From: Octopus vulgaris
Taxonomy: Eukaryota
Length of the DNA: 64,000 bases
Reading direction: 5' to 3'
Assembly: GCA_951406725.2 (NCBI GenBank)
Contig: OX597814.1
Span: 97,340,001-97,404,000 of the forward strand
A program made the translations under genes and the position numbers. Shown here one piece after another: positions 49,868 through 62,522 of this stretch. Numbering within the stretch: position 1 is the stretch's first letter; each line of letters starts with the position of its first letter. The notes beneath the pieces are model-generated. The model searched no databases and was not told the DNA's origin. It saw only the letters and a list, made by a program, of their open reading frames with translations.

Positions 49868-50260
49868 TCTTTATATATAAAAGTGAAGTTGTGTCCATCT
49901 CCTATGATTTAGATTCCTGACTACTCCCACATTTTGTGGTGCAGTGTAACCAAAAGCGGGTATCTTATAGTCATGATTCATATCGAGCCCTTCTGGGTAT
50001 TAGCGCGCATCTATGATGAGTCTACGATTTTAAAAAAAATTTACCATAATTTTTTCCCATTTTTAATGCATTTTTTTGCTATTATATAAGGGAAGTAACT
50101 CTCTAAAAATGTATTACTAAATCTCAGAATGTAAAAAGCAACAGTAACACCCCACTTTGTGGTTAGCCATATTGAGATGGCTATTATACTTTACATCTCT
50201 AAAAATGCTTATATAGTTATTTCCTGTACAAACCCGAGCAATGCCAGGCGATACTGCTAG
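49868..50260 (+). mobile_element. Non-autonomous Helitron
   Basis: A|TC 5' end (TCTTTATATATAAAAG), subterminal hairpin cccgagcaatgccagg at 50233-50248, CTAG|T 3' end, no TSD. Confidence 0.85.
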
Positions 50261-50915
50261 TATATACATAAATATATAGAGGCGTGTAAAGGCTTTTTGG
50301 TTATGAGACAGCATTAAAATGAGATGTATGCAGAAATAACACAGAGGGAAAAGGACGTCACATAGGATTTCAAAAGGAAAGTAGAGAAATAGAAAGATAG
50401 ACATAATGGAAAGAAGAGTTGAAAGGTAGAAACAAGGAAGAGATAGATTGAAAGACAAAATGAAAGGTGGAAAAATAAGTCAAACCACGGGCTGAAAGTA
50501 AATGCAAAGGCTATAGCCCAAGAGAGCAGAAATGAACCAGTCGACAGTGAAGCAAATATTCCTGTCATAACAGATGATGGTTTCAACACTTCCTGCAGAA
50601 CAACCTGCATAGTTGATTTGTTTACTGTGATAAAATGTGTGCTGTACATTAGCTCATTTCTTCCATCAAATCAACATTGCCTGTACAGGTACACAGTATT
50701 GAAGTGATTGCAGAACAGTGTGAAATTAACTGTTTTATTCAAGAACACAACACATTACCCAGTCTGGAGATTTGAAACTACGATCTAACAATCATTAATG
50801 AAACATTCAAACCACTAGGCCATACACCTTTGTGCATATAGATTCACACATAAATATATACATGTATATACATATATGTAAATATGTGTGTGTAGGCAAG
50901 CATGCAGGTATGTAT

Positions 50916-50946
<31 letters not shown>

Positions 50947-51590
50947 GTTCACCCATGCACTCACCATTCTTTCAGTTAATGTTCTGCTCTGTTATAACCA
51001 GAAATGACTGATAAAAGCAGCATTCATTTTTTTTTTAGGTCATTCAATTTTTCTTAATTGGTCACTACATCGATTGAGTAAACCTATCACTAATGTACTT
51101 TAATAACTAATGTAAACAGCTGTAAGCCAAATTTGTTCCAATAAAGGAAAAATATGTACTGACCATTATTTTCAACTTCTTTTGTATATATTTATATATA
51201 TATATATATATATATATACATACACACACACATTCACAAATATGTGTGTAAAAATGTTTACACACATATATATGTATATTCTATCATCATCAGCAGCATT
51301 TTCCAAACCCAAACCCATATGGGTCAAACAGAATTCATTGAAACAAAATTTCTATAGCCAAATGCCCTTCCTGTTGCCATTCCCACCTGTTTCCTAGCAA
51401 GATAATATTTTTCTCTATGGCCATACATGTTTTCAATGGAGATTGCATTTATGATGGCATTGCTGGTTTACATAATGTCATGGCAAGGAAACACAAAGAC
51501 ATATCCTTATACATCAATACACATACATATATACATAAACATATATACATACGTACATACACACATACATACACACATGTGTGTATATAT

Positions 51591-51638
<48 letters not shown>

Positions 51639-51827
51639 TTGAAGCAAAGAAAGCTATAAACAATAGCTTTATCTATAATTTTAAGTTTTATTTGCATCTG
51701 GATCCACTGTTCTCCAAAACAATTATTTCATGTTTCTTCAGAGATTACAAAAGAAATTCTTATGATGTCAACAACAATATACATACATACATACATACAT
51801 ACATACATACATACATACATACATACA

Positions 51828-51860
<33 letters not shown>

Positions 51861-52139
51861 GTATTGTTAGCATGGACGGCATACTTTAAACAGTGATGAT
51901 GATGATGATGATGCAGACACACACATACACACATATAAATAACCCATTTACTGCAACTATATTTTATGACAGGCATACTTCTGGCTTGATAAATAGAAAA
52001 GACAACAAATATAGACATCAAAATGTCAAGAAAGGAAATACCAACAAGACTGAAAAATACCTGCTGTGGCCACATCATGATAGCACCAATGATAGTGATA
52101 TAGCCAGCATGCATTGGAAATTGAAGTCAGCACTGCCAC

Positions 52140-53180
52140 ATATACAACTAAATCTAATATATACTCATGCAGAGAAAAAACAAAATGCCCAATGATGAAC
52201 CTCTGTATATCTTCAAGGATATATATCATTAAGGATATATATGAGTATAAATCTTGTATATAAATGCACTGTACACACAAGAGGTGGGGAATCATACATT
52301 ACATTGGGACAATATCTGATTCCTTCAAGAATTGCTCTTGTAATCGTGTCACCAGATTCAAGAACCTCAACAAGAGGTATTCGACATCTTTAGTTGATTT
52401 TGTGTGGCAACTTAAGGAAGATAAAAATGATCAAATTTGGTCCATAATAAGACATGCAAAACCGTATAATATCCTTTCCAGCAGATGTAGACTCTGCTCC
52501 AAGGAATCCTTGTCTATTTTGTGGACCAATGAGAAGATCATTAATAGGGTTTCTGAAAGACTGTCAAGATGCTTACATGCTTATAATGCACTTTCACACA
52601 ATGCAATGAGAATTAATTTGAGTAATTGTTAACCAATTAATAAATATAATGTACCTTATGGTAGGGATGAATTAATTCTAACCTCCCCATTCTTATAAGC
52701 ACAGAGTATTTATTTAATTCACTGTGAGCATATATGAGCCAAACCACACATGTGTGTATGCTTATATCTTTGTGTAAGTTTGTACAAATGAGTGTATGTG
52801 TGCCATACAACCTAAGTGAAGGCATTTATCATCCATATCTGCTAATGGTTACATTTAATACTTTTACACTTAATTGTGTATTTCTTTATTTTTGCATTTG
52901 TTTCTTTTTGCATCTGATTTTTATTGATCATCTACAATAATGATGTTGTATTCCTTAATTTGCTGCTTTTTTATATATACATCAAGAAGAAAACTTGTGG
53001 AATAGACATTATTTTTATGAGATACATCTTGTAATCACCTGAAGAGGCACATCTACACTAACAGATACTCCTAAACCAGTTGTTCAGTATAACAACCCGT
53101 GAGGGATCGATGGGTTGAAATAATTGTAGTGATCAATAAATATTCTTGTATCTTCTATCTTCCATCTCTCTCATTAATCA
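52140..53180 (+). mobile_element. Penelope-like retroelement 3' part: GIY-YIG endonuclease pseudogene plus terminal repeat
   Basis: SCREKTKCPMMNLC linker, NLVYKC, then (frameshift) YIG...FK...STSL..FVWQLK...W.II..A.PY.....C.LC..E...I......N...E....C.H in ORF 52264..52632. Followed by a hammerhead motif and AATAAA. Confidence 0.85.
53034..53133 (+). ncRNA. Type I hammerhead ribozyme with intact core
   Basis: atcac(53034-38)-CTGAAGA(53039-45)-ggcacatc...gatgggtt-GAAA(53117-20)-taattg-TA(53127-28)-gtgat(53129-33); AATAAA at 53135. Confidence 0.72.
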
Positions 53181-53211
<31 letters not shown>

Positions 53212-53257
53212 TGTATGTATGTATGTATGTATGTATGTATGTATGTATGTATGTATG

Positions 53258-53289
<32 letters not shown>

Positions 53290-54198
53290 TGTAGGTAGGT
53301 AGGTATTTACACATTTAGATAATCTAAAATTAGCCTTGCTCAGAGTTGTTTGGGTTCTATTCATCTAAAACAAGATTAAAAAATATCACTATACAAAAGA
53401 AATGTTTAGAAAATATTACTGAGAAAACTGCTTTGTCATATTTACTACTCAGGCAGAAGCATAGACAAACATAATAAATATTGAAGATTGACCAATATGA
53501 AAGAAAGCAAGATGTTAAGCGTATATATTCTAACACTGAAGAGATAACTATTTGCAGTGGTCTCAAGTCAAATAGGTAGATTAAATATGTTTTCTGATAT
53601 TTACTAATAACTAAGGACTTACCAAAATAGAAATAGTAATAAATAGCTTGAGTCTGTAACTAATTAACCAATATTGATCATTAAACAAGGCTTAATTCAG
53701 TGTATTGTTTAGCACAACAAAGCTATTATGGAATATTTCTGCCTTGATTGGCAAACATTTTTCTCTAAATAATGTATAACATGATATATATTAATTATAT
53801 TGGGTCTTGTAAAGCTCTTCTAGTTAAATTGAAGCTGATATAATTGATTTCCTAATAAATACATTTCCATTTAAGATAAATATGGAAAAATATAGACTAA
53901 GGAGCCTAGGCAGGGAGGGGGAGATACTGGAACATAACTTTAAAACATGCCTTTTGTCTTTTACATGTTTCAAACTTTGGACCATGGCCATGCTGGAGCA
54001 TCACCATGAAGAGTTTTAGCTAGACAGACCATCCACAGCACTTAATTTTACATCTGTCAGCCTCTTTTGTCAAAATTCTAAGTTACAAGGATGTGAACAA
54101 ATCAACACAGTTGTTATGCAGTGTGTGTGTGTGTGTGTGGGGGGAACACAGGTACAAAGACACACACACACACACGTGTGTATGTGTCTGCATGTACA

Positions 54199-54233
<35 letters not shown>

Positions 54234-54890
54234 GATGGGCTTTTACACAGTTTCTGTCTTTCAAATTCTCTCACAAGGTATTGGTCAACCCAGGGCTAAT
54301 AGAAGACACTTGTGCAAAGTGCCACACAGTAGGACTGAATCTGAAACCATGTGGTTGCAAAGTGAGTTTCTTAACCACACAACCATGCCTGTGCCTACAT
54401 AACTAAAAAAAGGAAATTAGAATAAGTTAACAAAAATTTTATAGAAAGTTTGCTTATTCAAAGTAAGAAACCCATTAAATTCTGCAAGGCCTTCGAAGCT
54501 GATGAAACAAAAGGAATAAGTTATCCTCAGATGAGAGATGTAACCTGAACTCTTGCAACAGAGTGGACTCTGCTAGATGCAGCAGAAGACAAAGTGCTGA
54601 TGTTGAACTGGACAAGAGATGAAATCTATCACCAACAAGAACACCCCCTTTAACAGACTTTCACAGTTTCTGATAACCAAAAGTTTACAAGGCACTGGTC
54701 ATTACCAGAAAGGCATTTTGGAAAAGTGACTTCTACCTTAGATCAATGTCTATAATAGAGGACACCCAGTGTGTCACTCAGTGGAATTAAACACAAATTA
54801 AGTAAAAAAGATTTTCAACTTTTCTTTGAGTTGTGTTTTTATATATTTATTTATTTTTTTTGTTAAGAGACTGGTGTAAACATTGTTATA

Positions 54891-55089
54891 CAGTAATCCC
54901 TCAACTATCGTGGGTATTCCGTGGAAATCCATGAAATAGACACAGTGAATTACTGTATATTCGTTTTTATTATTTTTATAATTTGTATATATTTATTTTA
55001 TTATAAATGCAAAACAACACCACAGAGGAATTGATGTGAGCTTAAATAATAAATCGCAATAGGTGAACTGATATGGTGAGGGATTACTG
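54891..55089. mobile_element. TA-flanked MITE (pogo/Tigger-like ends)
   Basis: TA|CAGTAATCCCTC ... GAGGGATTACTG|TA, perfect 12-bp TIRs. Confidence 0.85.
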
Positions 55090-55231
55090 TACAATCATGC
55101 CATTTCACGATAGTTTTTTAGCATGAGCTAATAAATCTGAATAATGCTATATTAAAACAATTACATTTTCCTATACTAACAAATATTCTATGTTTATATA
55201 ATGGTTCTTTCATCACTACTTGAGTCTGAGT

Positions 55232-55603
55232 GGTGGAAGCACTCCGTCGGTTACGACGACGAGGGTTCCGGTTGATCCGAATCAACGGAACAGCCTGCTT
55301 GTGAAATTAACGTGTAAGTGGCTGAGCACTCCACAGACACGTGTACCCTTAACGTAGTTCTCGGGGATATTCAGCGTGACACAGAGAGTGACAAGGCCGG
55401 CCCTTTGAAATACAGGTACAACAGAAACAGGAAGTAAGAGAAAGTTGTGGTGAAAGAGTACAGCAGGGATCACCACCATCCCCTGCCGGAGCCTCGTGGT
55501 GCTTTAGGTGTTTTCGCTCAATAAACACTCACAACGCCCGGTCTGGGAATCGAAACCGTGATCCTATGACCGCGAATCCGCTGCCCTAACCATTGCGCCT
55601 CCA
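55232..55603 (-). mobile_element. Young tRNA-derived SINE with 14-bp TSD
   Basis: ACTTGAGTCTGAGT at 55218-55231 and 55604-55617. CpG-rich; head ggaggcgcaatggttagggcagcggattcgcggtc...ggtttcgattccc. Confidence 0.9.
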
Positions 55604-55898
55604 ACTTGAGTCTGAGTAAGACTGAAGTATAAGGATTTTTTCTCCTATATAGCAAAAACTGATATACATTTTGTTTTGTATTTTTCCTGAACACATGCTT
55701 ATTTCTAATTAGGTTTTTAATGGGGTTTTTTTTCACATAAAACATGTTAATATTAACTTATTTAATATCTTTTAAGATTGAAATTCCTTTTATTCTAAAT
55801 ACTATATTGTACTTTTAGATATTTTGTCATGCAATGAAAGATAACTCCAAGCTTACTGAAGTTGTCTCCCTTGGTTAAGTAAGTATGTGTGTATATGG

Positions 55899-55945
<47 letters not shown>

Positions 55946-56576
55946 TGTTAAGATAGTAAGCTGGCAAAGTTGTTAGCATGCTGGGCAAAATGCTGTGGCA
56001 TTTTGTTTGTCTTTACTCTTTTACTCTTTTACTAGTTTCAGTCAATTGACTGGCCATGCTGGAGCACCACCTTTAGTTGAGCAAATCGACCCCAGGACTT
56101 ATTCTTTGTAAGTCTAGTACTTATTCTATCGATCTCTTTAGCCAAACTGCTAGGTTAAGGAGACGTAAACACACCAGCATCGGTTGTCAAGCGATGCTGT
56201 GGGGACAAACACAGACACACAAACATATATATACACACACATACACATATATATACATATATACGACAGGCTTCTTTCAGTTTCCGTCTACCAAATCCAC
56301 TCACAAGGCTTTGGTTGACCTGAGGCTATAGTAGTAGACACTTGCCCAAGGTGTCACGCAGTGGGACTGAATCCGGAACCATGTGGTTGGTAAGCAAGCT
56401 ACTTACCACACAGCCACTCCTACACCTATACATTCTAAGTTTAAATTCCACTGAGGTCCACTTTGCCTTTCAGCTTTTTGTGGTTGATAAAATAAAACCA
56501 GTTGAAGACTAGAGTTGATGTAATCACCTTTCCCACCTCCCCTGAAATTGCTGGCCTTGTGCCATATATATATATA

Positions 56577-56975
56577 CTAGCAGTATCGCCCGGCGTTGCT
56601 CGGGTTTGTAAGGGAAATAAATATATAAGCATTTTTAGAGAGTTATAGCCAAAAAATAGCAAAAAAAATGCATTAAAAATGGAAAAAAAAAAGATGGTAA
56701 ATTTTTTTTTAAATCGTTGACTCATCGTAGACATTTTTAGAGAGTTACTTCCCTTACATAATAGCGAAAAAATGCATTAAAATGGAAAAAAATGATGGTA
56801 AATTTTTTTTAAAATCGTAGACTCATCGTAGACGCATGCTAATACCCAGAAGGGCTCGATATGAATCACGACTATAAGATACCTGGTTTTGGTTAAACTG
56901 CACCGCAAAATGTGGGAGTAGTTAGGAATCTAAATCGTAGGAGACAGACACACAACTTCACTTTTATATATAAAG

Positions 56976-56976
<1 letters not shown>
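56577..56976 (-). mobile_element. Non-autonomous Helitron, same family as 49868-50260, with internal ~100-bp tandem duplication
   Basis: A|TC at 56976, hairpin cccgagcaacgccggg, CTAG|T at 56577; units at about 56629-56730 and 56731-56833. Confidence 0.88.
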
Positions 56977-57031
<55 letters not shown>

Positions 57032-57394
57032 GTGTCATCCTCATCACTTAATGTCCACTTTTCTATGCTTGGAATTCCAGACAGAACTTGTTGAGGCAGA
57101 TTTTCTATGGTAAAGTAATATTGCCCATGGGTAGACATTTTTCCCAGGAGACTGGAAACAAACAACATTGCCTGTATAATGGCGATACTTGTTTACAACC
57201 ACTGCATGATGTCACAACAAGAGTACACACAAACACAAATAGATAACCACGCCTCCAGCTACACACGTAAATGTAAAATAGGCTTCTTTCAACTTTTCAT
57301 CATAAGGCTTCCACTGTAGCCCCAGGCTACAGTAGAAGACACTTATGCAAGGTACTGCACAGTGATGTTGAACCTGCGATCACTTGGTTGCTGG

Positions 57395-57430
<36 letters not shown>

Positions 57431-57898
57431 GTGCATGTGTGTGTTGATTAATTAAGAAGTAATAAATTATAAAACTCAATATGTAAGTGTAGAGTATTCT
57501 TTAATACATTATAACTGAAAGTTTTCCTAGTACTCCATGTCTCATGTTTTTAATCTTTTAGCTGATAATCTGGACCTGTGTTTTTACTGAATTATCTGTT
57601 GTTTGAATATAATTTTAAATATTAGATGAAAGCTATCAATAAAAGGGTCATCTTTAGGCTTAAAAAAAAAAATCATGCAAGCAATACATTTAAAAATAGC
57701 TGTTTCAAGTTCTCATATATCATTTCAGTTTTCATTTCAGTTCGGATGGGAATACTCCAAATGTTTTTTTTATAAAAATTATCACTGCATTCTGCTTTTA
57801 AACTTCTCACAAGAGAACAAGAGATGTCACTCTAAGTACTGTATTTTTATGAAATTGCACTTCAAACTATTTTTGTTTCCCTGAACCAAATTGAAAGT

Positions 57899-57941
57899 CA
57901 AGGAAGCTGATATTTACACAAAGGAAGCTGATATTTACACA
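57899..57941. repeat. 21-bp perfect tandem duplication
   Basis: aaggaagctgatatttacaca x2. Confidence 0.9.
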
Positions 57942-60309
57942 CTCAGTTCTGTGCATAACAGGTGCTAAGAATTCAGTTCTTTTGTTCAAATCTTTGCTGC
58001 CTTGAAACAAAGTTTACTTTTGACTAAAACAAATGTTTCGCCACATTTTGATTTGAAGCTACCATTCCTGTATGGTTATGCCTTATCTATAATCAACCAG
58101 GTAATACTAAATTTGAAAGAACTTGCCCTATGTATGAACGATATAACTCTCAATAAAGCTAGAATGCATTTCTATCAGGATTGACAAATGTATGTTTGTA
58201 TTTAAAAAAGTCAATTTTTTAGTTCATTATATATTTAAGGGTTAATTTCTGCTGTTTGTTTCTACTTTGCACTGTAAAATGTCACATTTGCCAACCAGTT
58301 ACTATTTAATAGACAATTCTTGAGTTTTATAGTTGCATCATTGGGTTTGGCTGGCTGTTTGCCTTTCCTTTTCAACCTTACAGCATTATAACCTCTCATA
58401 TAACAACTGAAATTCTTACTAGCTAAATAACAAATCTTAACACAGATTCTACTTGATATGTTGCTATATTTTATATCCAAGCCATTTTAGTTCTTCCTAC
58501 TAGATTAAATACTGGGTTGTACCATAAAATGTTCCTTTTCCTCTTTCTATTCTTATGCCTCATACTCCATGTGTTTTTTTACACAGCTAATCTCATCAGA
58601 GATTATAATGTCTAGCTGCATCCATAAAAACATTTTCATTGAAGATATCAAAAATATATATTTACTAATGCTTTTAATTAAGTTCTTCAAGATACTGGGT
58701 GGGTGATTTGATTGCCTATGTATGTACACTAATTTCTCATTTGGCTTGTGATATAGTCTACTTGTTCAGCATTGCTGTGTGATAATTTTTTTAATTGGTT
58801 AAATTTTCAGTAGGTGTACTTTTAAAGCAAATCGTCATTATCATCATCATTTAACATCTGCTTTCCAAGTTGGCATGGGTCGGATGGTTTGACAGGAGCT
58901 GGCCAGTTGGAGAGTTACCCAGGTTCCATTTGTCTGTTTAGCATGGTTTCTACAGCTGGATGTCCTTCCTAACACCAGCCACTTTACAATACACATATGC
59001 TTCAGAATAAAGCATTAAACAAGTACAGAGTGTATTATAAATTATTGAATTACAAGGGAACAGAAATTATATAATCAATTTTATTAGCTTACAGTAGTTT
59101 ATTTTTTCTATAAGATGTTGCATAAAGCAGCTTCTAATAGTACACTACTTCTGAGAATAGAAACTAATAAAGCTAATATAGTTGATCAGATGATTCCTCT
59201 TCCTTTGTTATTCAATGATTTAAAAATATAGTTTTTATATGTCTTAACTTATATTTTATCATCCTTTTCAATATATTTACTCAAGATAAACTTATGTGCA
59301 GTCATTATTGTCAAGATAAAAAACACTAATTATCATCATCATCATCATCATCATCTGGCTTCCATGCTGGCATGGGTTGGATTGTTTGACAGTCTAACAA
59401 GTTGGAGGACTGTGCCATGCCTACTTTGGCATGATTTCTATTATGGCTGGATACCCTTCGTCATGCCAACTACACTACAGAATGTACTGAGTACTTTGTT
59501 AGTAGCACCAGTGAGGATTACCTTGTAACTTGAAAAGCTAAGGCCCAAAAGTGGTCCCTTGTAATTGAAAGTAACAAAAATTTATGATTTTAAAAAAATA
59601 TTAGTTTAGTTTATATTTGTAACTGAAATAAATTTCACTAACAAATCTGGCACCCAAATATCATCCATTAAGTCTTCTTTCTAACAAAAATGTTAGAATA
59701 TATTGTCCAAGTTATTTAACTGCAGCAAAGTCAATGGCTTTTTTGTGCTACATCATTCTTCAAAAAATATTTAGTTAATGATATTTCTAGTACATATGCA
59801 AAAAACAATGATTAATGGTTTTCATTATTTTCATATGGAAGAAAAGTAAAAAAGGTCAACACATAAGAAGCATTTCAAGCTAAACTTTCAGTTTATAACA
59901 TTTAGGATTACAAATAAACTGTGTAGGTATAGATCTTGAATGGGTTTCCATTCTTTGATGGTGGAGAGAAAAATTAAATAAAAATATGTCATGTAAACTA
60001 AATAAAATTAGAAAAAATTTTTTAAAAAATTTTAGATAAAAACCTAACTCTTGAAATATTAGTTTATAAAAGTTGTATATAAATTCCATTTAAATAAAAT
60101 ATATGACTGACATAAAATAAAGTGCAAAACATTTCTTTTATAAATTTCAAAGCCTTTCTTATATAAATTGTAAACCTTTGGTATAAGTGAAGACGCATTA
60201 CCTAGTGATTAGGGTGTTGCATTCACAACTACAAGATCATGGTTTTGATTCTTAGATCAGGTGGTGTGTTGTGTTGTGTTCTTGAACATAAAAACTTCAT
60301 TTCACACAG

Positions 60310-60773
60310 CCCTGGGTCAAGAGGGTGATTGCTAGAAGACCATATGTTTGGCAACAGGACTTTGCACCATGCCAGGAAAACCCGGTCATGACTGTCAGAC
60401 AGTTTCTGTGACCACATAACCCCTAACATTTCGCCACCTAACTCCCCAGACAGCAACCCACTTGACTATTATGTGTGGGGTGCAGCTGAGTGAGAGACCA
60501 ACAAAACTCTTTGTAACACCAAAGATGAACTGAGGGCAAGGATTATGGCAGCATTCTCCAACTTAAACAAGGAGACTATCCAGAAGAGTTGCAGGAGATT
60601 CTGATGTCACCTGGATGCCATGGTTGAAGCCAATGGCAATTTTATTGAATAAATTTACTCTTCAGTATTTCAAGATATTTTTATGTAATTTTGTAAATAT
60701 ATCTGTTAAATGAGATGTGAGTGTTATTTTCATTATTGTCTAATTTAGACTACAGTTTATTTACCATACCCTG
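60310..60773 (+). mobile_element. Tc1/mariner superfamily (maT/DD37D-like) transposon 3' fragment
   Basis: YVWQQDFAP ... PPNSPDSNPLDYYVWG ... VEANGNFIE*, ending ...taccctg|TA. Confidence 0.8.
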
Positions 60774-60801
60774 TATCTATATATATATTATCCATTCATA
60801 C

Positions 60802-60871
<70 letters not shown>

Positions 60872-61219
60872 ATATATTATAAACATATAATATATATGTA
60901 TATATACTTTTATGTATCATCCTCAGCAGCAGTTTAACATCCACTTTTCCATACTTGCATGGGTTGAACAGAGTCTATTGAAGCAGATTTTCTATGGCTA
61001 GTTACTCTTCCTGTTGCTAACCCTCACCTTTTCCCAACCAATGTATTATATCCCCATGGCCAGACATGTTCTCACAGAATATTGCAAATGAATGACACTA
61101 CTTCTATGACAATCATTTTACAACTATCACACCCAATGCCAAAATAAGGAGACATGAACAGATACACATACACACTAACACAGATGAACACATACATACA
61201 CATGTACACACATGCACAG

Positions 61220-61268
<49 letters not shown>

Positions 61269-62140
61269 ATAGGCTTCTTTCAGTTTCCATCTACCTAATC
61301 CACTTGCAAGGATTCAGTTAGCCTGGGGCAATACTAGAAAATACTTGCCCAAACTTGATATGATGCAAGTAGGACCGAGTCATATATTAAACTTCACAGA
61401 GATTTGCTATTCCTGTTTATGAAACTTTCTTTTAATAATTCTAAACCATATTAGTTTAGAAACTTGTCTGGCATAACAGCAAAACAAAGTAAGTGACAAA
61501 AATAGTAATTATTCTCAACTGGGCACATAACCAGTTCCTGAAGGTAAAATGTATATTTTTGATCACTCTAAGAAGTATTTTGCTAATATTTATTTTCTTA
61601 AGGTATTTGAACCCAAAACAGTGAAAATCTGAACTAGACATATTCCGTCTAGGATGTTACTTTTTAGATCATCTGCCGTTAACAAATATTTAACAAACAT
61701 GAAATGTGTGAAACTACATAAGGAAAAAATAAAAATCAGTTAAAGAAAGACAGTTGTAATTCACTGAGAGAGAAGGGGAAGAAAGAAAGTGAAAGAGAGA
61801 GAGAGAGTGTGTGTGTGTGGGTAAGAAACTATTGAGAAAGTAATAAGGTAGAGAGAAGAGGGTTAAACAAAACATCTAAGGAATTGGCAACCATCTATAT
61901 AGCTTATGAGTGTAGAAATATATATCTAACGATTTCAGTGAAAGTAATATTTCCCTGAGAAACAAAACTATTCATAGCTCTAAGATATAATCTCTTGTTG
62001 CATTAGGTGTGTATACACCTGTTAAAATAAGTATATGTATGCCATGTATATAGCAGTCTGTAAGTGGATATATCTAAACAGACTCATCTATAATATCAAT
62101 ATCTATACCATTATTATATTATTATTATTATTATCATTAA

Positions 62141-62200
<60 letters not shown>

Positions 62201-62311
62201 CATCATCATAATTTTTTTTTCTTCTTACAAATTTTAAAATATTTACTTATACGTTTGCTCTGGCAGAATATATCTTCAGCTCACCTGTCTGACTGCTATT
62301 TGCTCACTTTC

Positions 62312-62364
<53 letters not shown>

Positions 62365-62487
62365 GTACATATATACATACATACATTATATATATATATA
62401 TATACATACACACACATGTGCACACACACATGTGCACACACACATACATACACATGTGCACACACACACACATGCACATACACACAA

Positions 62488-62522
<35 letters not shown>

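Noticed and set aside
50117-50649. Hydrophobic minus-strand ORFs resembling membrane proteins
   Set aside because: They arise from a purine-rich low-complexity tract and overlap a Helitron; no family motif or good splice sites.
54499-54560. CTGATGA motif
   Set aside because: No matching GAAA and stems.
55530-55603. tRNA-like sequences with A and B boxes (also at many other SINE heads)
   Set aside because: No complete cloverleaf; each continues into a SINE body with tail or TSD.
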